Positions 1 through 11,371 of a stretch of DNA of 64,000 nucleotides are shown piece by piece; the first letter of the stretch is position 1; every line of letters starts with the position of its first letter. The translations under genes were made by a program, and so were the position numbers. The stretch comes from Callorhinchus milii. Its lineage: Eukaryota. The DNA is taken from contig NW_024704742.1 of NCBI RefSeq assembly GCF_018977255.1, positions 104,782,001-104,846,000 of the forward strand, given 5' to 3'. Under the pieces are notes generated by a model, which was given only the letters and a program-made list of their open reading frames with translations, was not told where the DNA came from and searched no databases.

Positions 1-848
1 GGCTGCACTCTCCACCTCTCAAAGCCAGTCAGGAACCTCGGCGTTTTGTTCGACCCTGAGCTGTCCTTTCTCCCTCACATCCGCACCACAACTGGCACCG
101 CCTTCCATCACCTCCGGAACATCGCCAGACTACGGCACTACCTCACCCCTCACGCTGCTGAAACCCTGGTTCACGCCTTTGTCACCTCAAGGCTGGACTA
201 TGGGAACTCTCTCCTCGCCGGCCTTCCCGCCACCTCCCTCCACAAGCTGCAGGTCATTCAGAACTCTGCAGCTCGTGTACTGTCCCGCACCAGGCTTCGG
301 GACCACATCACTCCCACCCTCGCTCGCCTCCACTGGCTCCCCATCCCCCAGAGGATTGATTTCAAGATCCTCATCCTCACCTACAAGGCCATTCACGGCC
401 TTGCTCCCTCCTACCTCTCCAACCTACTATCCCCCTACCTACCTGCCCGTACCCTCCGTTCCTCTGGCTCCGGTCTGCTCCACGTCCCCCGCCCCAACCG
501 CCCTACCATCGGTGGTCGGGCCTTCAGCCTCTCAGCCCCCAGGCTCTGGAACTCCATCCCCCAGTGCCTTCGCCGCTTCCTCCCTTTCCTCCTTCAAGGC
601 CGGTCTCAAAACCTTTCTCTTTGACCGAGCCTTCAGCTCCCCTCTCGACTCTCTTCCCCCTCCTCGCTCCCTCCCTTCCCTCCCCTCACCCTGACCATTT
701 CCCCCCTCCTCGTTCCCTCCCTTCCCTCCCCTCACCCTGACCATTTCCCCCCTGCTCGGGTCATGACCCAACTGTGCAGCGCCTTGGGACGTCCTCCTGA
801 CGTGAAAGGCGCTTTATAAATGGAATCTTGTTGTTGTTGTTGTTGTTG
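1..848 (+). mobile_element. Young L2 LINE, 3' part (ORF2 C-terminus, 3'UTR, (TTG)n tail); runs off the window start
   Basis: ORF 46..624 has L2 motifs ([35 protein letters not shown]). Pyrimidine-rich 3'UTR, stem-loop at 779-812, (TTG)n at 828-848. Confidence 0.95.
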
Positions 849-865
849 AAAAGGAAAAACTGATT

Positions 866-943
866 GGGAGGCTCTTTCAAAGAGTCGGCACTGGCACGAT
901 GGGCCAAATCGCCTCCTTCTGTGCTGTAATCTATGATTCTATG
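866..943 (+). mobile_element. CR1 LINE 3' terminal remnant
   Basis: gatgggccaaatcgcctccttctgtgctgtaa followed by a tctatgattctatgat octamer-type tail, typical of CR1 3' ends. Confidence 0.75.
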
Positions 944-1659
944 ATATGTACCTAAACTGTTGGCTTAGTAATTTGTTTTTAACTATCATGCATTTTGACA
1001 GTGTTTTCGCTCACCTTTCCCCACCAACAACTCGGATGGAAGCCAGTCAGCTTTGAGAATTCCTCCTTACATGAAAGGTGCTATAATACATGTAAATTGT
1101 TTTCATTGTTTTACCCCACCATATGATAATTTATTAGTAAATAACATTTTTCCACTAACAATCTGTTCTTTCACTTAAATTAATGCAATTGTTTTCCTCG
1201 GATAGAGATGTCATCCAGTAACTACAAAAGAAAATGTCTTTTTTATGTGATTTATTTGTATTTGAAGGTGAGTAGTGTGACTAGAAAAGTAAAGAGTTCA
1301 GCAGTCTTTTCACAGTCTAGTAGCAGGTTGGTATCAGTAAGTGGTTACAGATATCTAATCCATGGTCCAATCCCCTTACTACCTTGAGAAAAGGATCGTT
1401 TGCTTTCATTTTATCATCACATTCCAGTTTATGCAAATTATCAGTAGGTTGCAAGAAAGCTGAAATACTGAGTGTTTATGCAATTTACAGTCACACTGAA
1501 GCCAGAACAGGGATAACACTCAGCAAAAAAAACTCATGCATTTTGCATCTTTAGCGAACTGAGGCTCAACGTCACTACAAGAGCTTTGTGATTGCTCTAA
1601 GGAACAAAAGTGGACATTTTCTTTCTTCCAGCTTTAGCAATCATTTAAAATGGAGGTGA

Positions 1660-2030
1660 ATAATAATAATAATCATAATTTGATTATAATTTAATCATAA
1701 TGATATAGCGCCTTATCACGCCGTTGGGATGTCTCAAAGCACTTCACAGAATATACTGTAAAGTGAATTGACTGTATATTTTGTGGACCTAACGCAGCAA
1801 CTAATTGCACACAGCACTGTCCCACAAACAGTCGTGGAAAATATTTTTTTAAGCGATTATTACACCGGAAAAGCGACCCACCAATTGACTAACAAACAGG
1901 TTCCTACTTACTGCTATGTAAACAGAGGTGTGTGCGATAAGGAAACTTGTCCAATGTTTCACCCTGCCCAGAAATCGAACCTGGCTCCTTTCGCTTGCTA
2001 GGCAAGTGCTGTAACTACTAAGCTATAGGA
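1660..2030 (-). mobile_element. tRNA-derived SINE (long form) with L2-type tail
   Basis: Reverse complement shows tRNA head, CORE-like segment, tgctgtgtgcaatt..ctgc Deu-like segment and (ATT)n tail; homologous to 6709-7091. Confidence 0.85.
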
Positions 2031-3030
2031 ATAATCTGGTCTAATAAATATAAAGCTTTTACTTATTGCTGTCAGTATTGTGTGCTCAGGGGAAGATTAG
2101 AAACCATTTCAACACTCTCCTTCAGTGTCCAAAATAGTACATTCCAATGTAAAATTATTGATGTTAGTAACAGTAAATAGAAACAGATGATGCAAACTTG
2201 AAAATATGCAGTTCTTTCCATATTATCAGGAAAATCAGATCTCATTTTCTCCCCTTAGGTTCTGGGCTATGGACTGCCTTCTTGTTATTCACGTTCTCTT
2301 TTTAAACTACTTTAAGATATCTTAGTATCCTTTTTCTTGTTATGAGCCTCCATTGAGGTTCCCTGATATATTTTGGTGTCTTTATTTCACTTTCAGCCAC
2401 CTAAATCTGTGCGTTAACATCTGGGTGTTGATCTCACTCCTGCGTGGTTGGAGCTCCTGGCGCTTTTGTAGTTCAATGCTTTCTGTTTGTCTCTCACAGT
2501 TTTTGCCTTTTTACTTCCCAACAGTAAGAATACCAGCCATCGTGGTTGCGTTGTGGAATGGTTTGGGACTTTTTCCCTGCTATATTACTGCAATGATAAT
2601 AAGTGTGCAAATTTACCACCGTACCAATGTGAATGCCAGTTTCAAGCTAACTATTGTACAATAATAATGTATCCCCAATTGTAAGTTAAAACTGCCCAAT
2701 TGAAAAATAGATGACCTTTGCCTTTCACTTTTATCATACATTTGTCCTAAGTTTTCCTTGCAGCATTTCTTTAATACTTTTCCTGAAAAGTATGTTACCT
2801 TGAAAATTCACGAGAACATAAACAACAGAATTATAATTGATATTTGCAAAGTAAAATTTAATATGTAGAGAATCTGCCATTTGTATTTGTTCCTGTTTGA
2901 GCAGCCAATATTAACAGAGCAATAGTCTCCATTATAGTTAAAACTATTTTTAGGAATGCAACAAAGATTGCCTTTTACGGAATTGTTCATTAAATTTACA
3001 AACGAAACTGAAACACCTCAAGTCCTATTT

Positions 3031-3819
3031 AATAATAATGATAATAATAATTCCTGTACTTAATACAACGCCTTTTCACATTGTTGAGGGGTTTCAAAGT
3101 GTTTCATAGAATATATTCTAAAGTGAATTGATTGTACTTTGTGAGCAATGCGCAGCAGCCAATTGTGCACCGCACTGTCCCTCAAACAGTCATGGATTTT
3201 TTTTTGAGGTTATTACCCCCCAGAAAGTGATCAACCAATCGACTAACAATTGGGTACCTACTTACTGTTATGTAAACAAAGGTATATATTAATAATACTA
3301 ATCATTGCATTTGATATAGGACTTTTCACATCTTCTAGACGTCTCAAAGTGCTTCACAGATCATACTGTAAAGTGAATTGACTGTATATTTGTGGCCATA
3401 ACGTGGCAGCCAATTTCGCACAACAGTGTCCCACAAGGAGTTGTGGATTGAAATGACCAATTTATTATTTTTTTTCTTGAGGGATTGCCCAAGGTTTTGC
3501 CCTGTCGGGAATCAAACCCAGGTCTCTTGCTTGTGAGGCGAGTGCTCTAACCACTGAGCTACAGGACTCAGGATTCGTGGAGTAAGGAAACTTGCCTAAA
3601 GTTTCGTCCCGCCCAGGAATCAAACCCAGGTCATCTCGCTTGTGAGGCGAGCATGCTAACCACTATGATACAAATTCCTTTTACTAGAGGGACCTCAGTA
3701 GATCTTATAATAATAATAATCTTTGCATTTGACATAGCGCTTTTCACGTCTTCTCGAAGACTCAAAGCGCTTAACAGGATAGACTGTAAAGTTAATTGAC
3801 TGTACATTTGTGGGCGAAA
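3031..3819 (-). mobile_element. Cluster of four same-orientation SINE pieces (3031-3283, 3290-3569, 3577-3666, 3707-3819)
   Basis: Repeated aataataat..ttgcatttgatatag tails; tRNA heads at 3498-3569 and 3610-3666. Confidence 0.85.
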
Positions 3820-5999
3820 TCTTAGATCAAGTTTACATAGGATTTAAAATCTTGACTTGCTGGCAACTCCTGCCTTTGGCCTTTATCATGTTCATTTCCC
3901 TGAACAGTCTTTCAAGCAACCTTATTTCTGTGAGGCAGAACCATCAATGTAGAAGTAGCCTAGATGCATTTGGATTGTGCGTAGTACTTTTTATCATGCT
4001 GACATACAACCAAAATTTGTTAGATTCTCATTCTTTTACTCTGAAATAGCCAGGTTCAAGTTTCTCCATTTCATCCTCAAGCTATTTCCTGACTCTTTCC
4101 AGTTACATTCGGGAACCCTTCAGCTAAAAACAAGAATTTTCATCTGGATACATGCCCGTTCTCAGGTTGGATGGCTTTCAGCTACTGACAAATTTTAACC
4201 TTAAAAGGGTTAAGATAGTGTGAATCTTTTTTTTAAATTGGCAAAAATGTTCCAACCAGCAAATTGCAAATCTTTCACGGAAGCTTGGCCAATTCTACCC
4301 CTCCATCTTTCCTCAGGCACTGAAACCTTACAGTCCACTCGATTAAGTGCAATTTCATCAACTTGGAGATGAAGAGATTAATTGCTTCTTTGATGTTGAG
4401 TACTAGAACTCGCACAGATGTTTGCTGTGCACAAGTTGAAGTAAAGGTCAAAATTAAGGATTCGGATCGCATAATAGAGGAAGAAAGCAGAGAGAAACAA
4501 ATTCTAACTGCAGAGTACTGCCACATTTACATTCTGTACATCACATTTGCTCAATTTGAACCAAATCCAACTAAATTAGTAAAAAGCATTGCATCCTTCC
4601 TTGGTTCATTCTGTTTCAGTTCAAAACTTACAGCGAGGTGATATTGTTGCAACTTCTCTAAGCATACCATTGAAGATTGTACTTATGTAATCAATAATCA
4701 ACTATGCAATTGCCCTAGAGAGCAGTATAATGAGACTCATCCACAATATTTTACTTTAACTCCTCTCAAGTGATGTTCATTATTAGGGCTTTCACCTTTG
4801 CACAAATCCAGCAGCACTTCTGGAATCCATAAACATTATGAGGAAATGAAATTCAGTAGACAATCTTCTCTACCTGCATCCAGTGCACATTTATTTATTT
4901 ACAGAATGATGTTTATGCTATTTTAAAGCAAAGCTATAGTTTCTGTTCTGCGGTTCTGTGTGTGATGTTCCCCTCACCCTTCCTTCTCTAATCCAGCCTC
5001 CAAAGTTTGAGCTTGAAGTTTGTGACTTTTTTCATCATAGAGAAACACTTTAGAATCTGATGGTAAGTGAGACTTTGAGACAAGGTCTGTCATCTTCATT
5101 AACTCATTTCCAAACTCTCCTTTGTACAGCAGCCTCCAATTATCTTCATTTTGATCACGGACCTAATTTACAAACCCTCATTGTTCATGTCATTTTTCAG
5201 TTTGTCTTCTCTTTTGGGAATTAAGACATGCAGATAATTAATATTATAGCATCGAGAAAAATACAGGAAACAAAATGAAGAGAGGGACATCAAAATAATA
5301 CCGATCAGGTTTTTTTTCCCTACTAAAATAATAATCCTTGCATTTGATACAGCACTTTATCATGTTGTTGAGATGTCGGAAAGCTCTTCACAGGATATGC
5401 TGTAAGGTATCGCTACCAGACTGTATTTTGTGGTTGAAACCAAGGCTGAAAGCTCCATCAAATTTAATTTATATACTGGAATCATCATTTGGTAGTGTTT
5501 AATTTTTTTCTGAATTGTCGTCTCTTTATTGGCTGTGTGCAATGCCTTGAGGGTTGTATTCCCAAACCTCAGTTTATTCTTGCAGTCATTCAAATTGCTG
5601 AAGTTCTGGAACATGGTGGGGAAGATTACTGCCTGATATTTTCTCTTGTTTGTAATACTAAATAAAGATAATGGCCACTAACCTGCTGTCTTAAAGCCTG
5701 CTCTGCTTTGTTTTCTGGACCCTTTTCATAGTAGCTTTGTACTACAAGTGATCAGAACAAAGGCGAAAGTAGCATAATCGCTACCAGTGAAAGGAATGGC
5801 CTTGACATTTATGTTCAACAATCAGCGTCCAGAGGAAATACATTCTAGCTCAAGATTGTGTACCATTTCTTTACAGGGTTACCAGCAGTCATTACTAGAT
5901 TCTTTTCACAAACCTTTTTATTTGAGATGATGATCTCTCCCCGAGATGATACCCCTCCAAACAATAACAACTTGCATTTACATAGCTCCCCGCATGCAA

Positions 6000-6267
6000 T
6001 ATAATCCTTGCATTTGATACAGAATATTCTGTGAAGTGAACTGTATATTTTGTGAGCGAAACGTGGCAGCCAATTGCACACAGCACTGTCCCACAACAGT
6101 GATGGATTGAGTGACCAAATTATTATTATTTGATTTTTATTTTGATGGGATTATTATCTGCGGAAAAACATCCGGCAATCGACTAACAACCGGGTTCCTA
6201 CTTACTGCTAGGTAAACAGTGGCATATGGAATAAGGAAACTTGTCCAACATTTCGCTCTGCCGGGAA
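6000..6267 (-). mobile_element. tRNA-derived SINE lacking most of its head
   Basis: Matches the family body (gtggcagccaattgcacacagcactgtcccaca; gactaacaaccgggttcctacttactgctaggtaaaca). Confidence 0.85.
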
Positions 6268-6708
6268 AAAATATTTATATATTTATAAGTATAAATCTAA
6301 ATACATGACACCGGAAGAAGGGGGGAGATGACCGTAGACACGGTCGAAAAAGGAAGGCGCGATCTGAAAAGGGGGAAGGAAGGGGTAAGGCATAGTAATA
6401 GAGGAAGAGTATTCCAGTGTTTCGGGGCGTAGTGTCTGAAGGCGTAGACACCACTGGTGGAACGGAGAGTGCTAGGGACATGCAGGAGGCCGGAGCAATA
6501 ATAAGGGCACAAAATCTTAAAATTATAACTGTGTTGCTTCAAAGTAAACCCAGTAGACATTTCTTCAAACAATGGGCTGAGAGAATATGGAATTTTCTGC
6601 CCTGAAGACTGTAGATGTAGATTCAATTGGTTGGATAGCGAAGTATGGATATTGCTGGCTTGGCAAACTATGAGGAAGAATTGGCAGAAGGTTATAGGAG
6701 AGCATTAT

Positions 6709-7091
6709 GGAGTTCTATAGCTAAGTGGTTTGAGCACTCGCCTCACAAGCGAGAGACCTGGGTTTGATTCCCGGCAGGGCGAAATGTTGGGCGAAATGTT
6801 TGCTTACTCCATACGACTCTGTTTACCTAGCAGTAAGTGGGAACCCAGTTGTTAGTCGATTGGTGGATCACTTTATGGGGGTTAATAATTCCTTCAAATT
6901 AAAATCATAATAATAAATTGGTCACTTCAATCCATGACTGCTATGGGATACTGCTGTGCGCAATTGGCTGCTGTGTTTCTCCCATAAAATATACAGTCAA
7001 TTCGCTTTACAATATATTCAGTGGAGCGCTTTGAGATGTCTCGAAGACGTGATAAGGCGTTATATCAAATGCAAGGATTATTACTATTATT
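6709..7091 (+). mobile_element. Full-length tRNA-derived SINE (long form) inserted in a CR1 RT remnant
   Basis: Box A-like tagctaagtggt and box B-like ggtttgattccc, CORE-like and Deu-like segments, tail gcgctttgagatgtc..aaggcgttatatcaaatgcaaggattatt. Right flank reads DRLAEWADWWQTKFNVEK (CR1 RT motif). Confidence 0.9.
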
Positions 7092-7150
7092 GATAGGTTA
7101 GCAGAGTGGGCAGATTGGTGGCAAACTAAATTCAATGTAGAAAAAATATT

Positions 7151-7560
7151 AATATAAAAATCCTTGCATTTAGTGTAGCCCCTTATCTCATCGTCAAAAT
7201 GTCTCAACTTGCTTCACAGAATTGACTGTAAAGTGTGGTGACAGTGTATTTTGTAAGTGAACACAACAACCAACATCCCAGCAACAAACAGCCATGAAGT
7301 GAATAATCAATTTTATCTGGAGGATAGTTGGAGAAACTCCTTTCTCTGTTGAATAGTGCCATGGGATGTTTAATGTTTTAATCTCCACTTAAACAGACAG
7401 ATGACTTTGGTTTAATGTCCCATTGAAGGACGTCACCTCCAATAATGCAGTGCCCCAAAGCACCCCAGCACTGCATTGGAGTGTCATCTTAAGTTAAGAT
7501 TTCAAAGTGCAGAAATGGAGCTCAAGCCCATAATCTTCTGACTCAAAGGCGCCTGAGCCA
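7151..7560 (-). mobile_element. Old Deu-domain SINE (SacSINE1/LmeSINE-like), decayed
   Basis: Homologous to 12587-13517 (gagtcagaagattatgggcttgag head; atcccatggcactattc body). Confidence 0.7.
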
Positions 7561-7693
7561 AAAAGTATTTACAACGTTCCAGTCCAGTACTGTTAAATCC
7601 ACTTGACGAAGACTGATGAATACCAAAGCTTGCTTTAACAATATAACATTGAAGATGTTTCATGATATCAATCAAGGGATAACAATGGATACA

Positions 7694-9017
7694 CAACAAC
7701 AACAACAACAACAAGATTCCATTTATAAAGCGCCTTTCACGTCAGGAGGACGTCCCAAGGCGCTGCACAGTTGGGTCATGACCCGAGCAGGGGGGAAATG
7801 GTCAGGGTGAGGGGAGGGAAGGGAGGGAGCGAGGAGGGGGGAAATGGTCAGGGTGAGGGGAGGGAAGGGAGGGAGCGAGGAGGGGGAAGAGAGTCGAGAG
7901 GGGAGCTGAAGGCTCGGTCAAAGAGAAAGGTTTTGAGACCGGCCTTGAAGAGGAAAGGGAGGAAGCGGCGAAGGCACTGGGGGATGGAGTTCCAGAGCCT
8001 GGGGGCTGAGAGGCTGAAGGCCCGACCGCCGATGGTAGGGCGGTTGGGGCAGGGGACGTGGAGCAGACCGGAGCCAGAGGAACGGAGGGTACGGGCAGGT
8101 AGGTAGGGGGATAGTAGGTCGGAGAGGTAGGAGGGAGCAAGGCCGTGAATGGCCTTGTAGGTGAGGATGAGGATCTTGAAATCAATCCTCTGGGGGATGG
8201 GGAGCCAGTGGAGGCGAGCGAGGGTGGGAGTGATGTGGTCCCGAAGCCTGGTGCGGGACAGTACACGAGCTGCAGAGTTCTGAATGACCTGCAGCTTGTG
8301 GAGGGAGGTGGCGGGAAGGCCGGCGAGGAGAGAGTTCCCATAGTCCAGCCTTGAGGTGACAAAGGCGTGGACCAGGGTTTCAGCCGCGTGAGGGGTGAGG
8401 TAGTGCCGTAGTCTGGCGATGTTCCGGAGGTGATGGAAGGTGGTGCCAGTTGTGGTGCGGATGTGAGGGAGAAAGGACAGCTCAGGGTCGAACAAAACGC
8501 CGAGGTTCCTGACCGGCTTTGCGAGGTGGAGAGTGCAGCCTTGGATGCTGATGGTGTCAGCGCCTGAGGTGCGGAGGCGCTGACGTGAGCCAATCAGGAG
8601 GGCCTCGGTTTTTCGCACGTTGAGCTGAAGAAAGTTGTCTCTCGTCCAGGACTCGATGTCGGACAGGCAGCTGTCAGGACATCGGTGGTCGTGGTGGAGA
8701 GTAGAGGAGGAAAGGTAGAGTTGGGTGTCATCCGCATACATGTGGAAGTTAACCCCATGTCTGCGGATGATGTCACCAAGGGGGAGCATATAGAGGGTGA
8801 AGAGGAGGGGACCAAGGACAGAGCCCTGAGGGACACCACATGAGACAGTGCGGGGGGTGGAGGAGAAGCCATTCGTCGAGACAAAATGAAGACGGTGAGA
8901 AAGGTACGACCTAAACCATTCAAGGACAGTGCCTTGAAGGTTGAGGTGGGAGGACAAGCGGTGGAGTAGGATAGCGTGGTCGACCGTATCGAATGCTGCC
9001 GATAGGTCGAGGAGGAC
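7694..9017 (-). mobile_element. Young L2 LINE, outer element, 3' segment
   Basis: (CAA)n at 7694-7713; ORF 7848..8957 with [13 protein letters not shown] and [10 protein letters not shown] motifs; nearly identical to 1-848. Confidence 0.95.
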
Positions 9018-10828
9018 AACAACAACAACAACAACAAGATTCCATTTATAGAGCGCCTTTCACGTCAGGAGGACGTCCCAAGGCGCTGCACAGTTGGGTC
9101 ATGACCCGAGCAGGGGGGAAATGGTCAGGGTGAGGGGAGGGAAGGGAGGGAGAGAGGAGGGGGGAAATGGTCAGGGTGAGGGGAGGGAAGGGAGGGAGCG
9201 AGGAGGAGGAAGAGAGTCGAGAGGGGAGCTGAAGGCACGGTCAAAGAGAAAGGTTTTGAGACCGGCCTTGAAGGAGGAAAGGGAGGAAGCAAGGCGAAGG
9301 CACTGGGGGATGGAGTTCCAGAGCCTGGGGCTGAGAGGCTGAAGGCCCGACCACCGATGGTAGGGCGGTTGGGGCGGGGGACGTGGAGCAGACCGGAGCC
9401 AGAGGAACGGAGGGTACGGGCAGGTAGGTAGGGGGATAGTAGGTTGGAGAGGTAGGAGGGAGCAAGGCCGTGAATGGCCTTGTAGGTGAGGATGAGGATC
9501 TTGAAATCAATCCTCTGGGGGATGGGGAGCCAGTGGAGGCGAGCGAGGGTGGGAGTGATGTGGTCCGAAGCCTGGTGCGGGACAGTACACGAGCTGCAGA
9601 GTTCTGAATGACCTGCAGCTTGTGGAGGGAGGTGGCGGGAAGGCCGGCGAGGAGAGAGTTCCCATAGTCCAGCCTTGAGGTGACAAAGGCGTGAACCAGG
9701 GTTTCAGCAGCGTGAGGGGTGAGGTAGTGCCGTAGTCTGGCGATATTCCGGAGGTGATGGAAGGCGGTGCCAGTTGTGGTGCGGATGTGAGGGAGAAAGG
9801 ACAGCTCAGGGTCGAACAAAACGCCGAGGTTCCTGACTGGCTTTGAGAGGTGGAGAGTGCAGCCTTGGATGCTGATGGTGTCAGCGCCTGAGGTGCGGAG
9901 GCGCTGACGTGAGCCAATCAGGAGGGCCTCGGTTTTTCGCACGTTGAGCTGAAGAAAGTTGTCTCTCGTCCAGGACTCGATGTCGGACAGGCAGGCTGTC
10001 AGGACATCGGTGGTCGTGGAGTTGAGAGTAGAGGAGGAAAGGTAGAGTTGGGTGTCATCCGCATACATGTGGAAGTTAACCCCATGTTTGCGGATGATGT
10101 CACCAAGGGGGAGCATATAGAGGGTGAAGAGGAGGGGACCGAGGACAGAGCCCTGAGGGACACCACATGAGACAGTACGGGGGGTGGAGGAGAAGCCATT
10201 CGTTGAGACGAAGTGAAGACGGTGGGAAAGGTACGACCTAAACCATTCAAGGACAGTGCCTTGAAGGTTGAGGTGGGAGGACAAGCGGTGGAGTAGGATA
10301 GCGTGGTCGACCGTATCGAATGCTGCCGATAGGTCGAGGAGGACGAGGAGACAGAGGGAGCCCTGGTCACAGATGGTCAGGATATCATTGGTGACCTTGA
10401 CCAGGGCAGTTTCTGTGCTATGAGCAGCACGGAAACCTGACTGAAGGGGTTCAAAAAGAGAATGGGTTTGAAAGGAAAGAGCGCAGTTGGGAGGCGACAA
10501 CTCTTTCCAAGACCTTGGAGAGAAAGGGGAGGTTGGAGATGGGCCGGTAGCTTGATAGCTGCGACGCATCAAGGGAGGGTTTTTTCAGGGTGGGCGTGAT
10601 GATGGCAGTTTTTAATGGAATGGGGACAGAGCCAGAGGAGAGGGACAGGTTTATGATGTCAGTGATGTGTGGGGCAAGAAAATGGAGCTGGGAGATAAGG
10701 AGTGGAGTGGGGATGGGGTCAAGGGAGCAGGTGGTTGGTTTTAGAGATAGGATGAGTTCAGTGACAGAGGGTGGGGAAACGGGTACAAAGGTGTGTAGGG
10801 GAGGATGGGTAGGAGTCGGAGTGTGGGC
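9018..10828 (-). mobile_element. Young L2 LINE, 5'-truncated, nested in the outer L2
   Basis: Own (CAA)n tail at 9018-9036; ORF 9241..10572 with RT motifs (QSGFR, DLSAAFD, PQG, YADD); GAGGAC at 9012-9017 and 10829-10834. Confidence 0.95.
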
Positions 10829-11371
10829 GAGGACGAGGAGACAGAGGGAGCCCTGGTCACAGATGGTCAGGATATCATTGGTGACCTTGACCAGGGCAGT
10901 TTCTGTGCTGTGGGCAGCACGGAAACCTGACTGAAGGGGTTCGAAAAGAGAATGGGTGGAAAGGAAAGAGCGCAGTTGGGAGGCGACAACTCTTTCCAAG
11001 ACCTTGGAGAGAAAGGGGAGGTTGGAGATGGGACGGTAACTTGATAGCTGCGACGCATCAAGGGAGGGTTTTTTCAGGGTGGGCGTGATGATGGCAGTTT
11101 TTAATGGAATGGGGACAGAGCCAGAGGAGAGGGACAGGTTGACGATGTCAGTGATATGTGGGGCAAGAAAGTGGAGCTGGGAGATAAGGAGTGGAGTGGG
11201 GATGGGGTCAAGGGAGCAGGTGGTTGGTTTTAGGGATTGGATGAGTTCAGTGACAGAGGGTGGGGAAACGGGTACGAAGGTGTGTAGGGGAGGATGGGTA
11301 GGAGTCAGAGTGTGGGAGGGAAGGGGTGGGTGGTGGGTGGAAGTTGGAGGGGAAGTGACCGCGCAGCGGAT
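10829..11371 (-). mobile_element. Young L2 LINE, outer element, 5' segment (5'-truncated)
   Basis: Resumes ORF2 exactly where 7694-9017 stops ([14 protein letters not shown]); encodes TCSLDPIPT and [15 protein letters not shown]. Confidence 0.93.

Noticed and set aside
179..771. Ser/Pro-rich and Gly/Arg/Glu-rich ORFs, recurring across the window
   Set aside because: Alternative-frame and antisense shadows of L2 sequence.
3900..4000. FYIDGS RNase H-like motif suggesting an endogenous retrovirus
   Set aside because: Isolated motif followed by a stop codon, with no other pol motifs or LTRs.
10339..11316. 489-bp tandem duplication or assembly artefact
   Set aside because: The copies differ at multiple sites, and the TSD shows they belong to two different elements.
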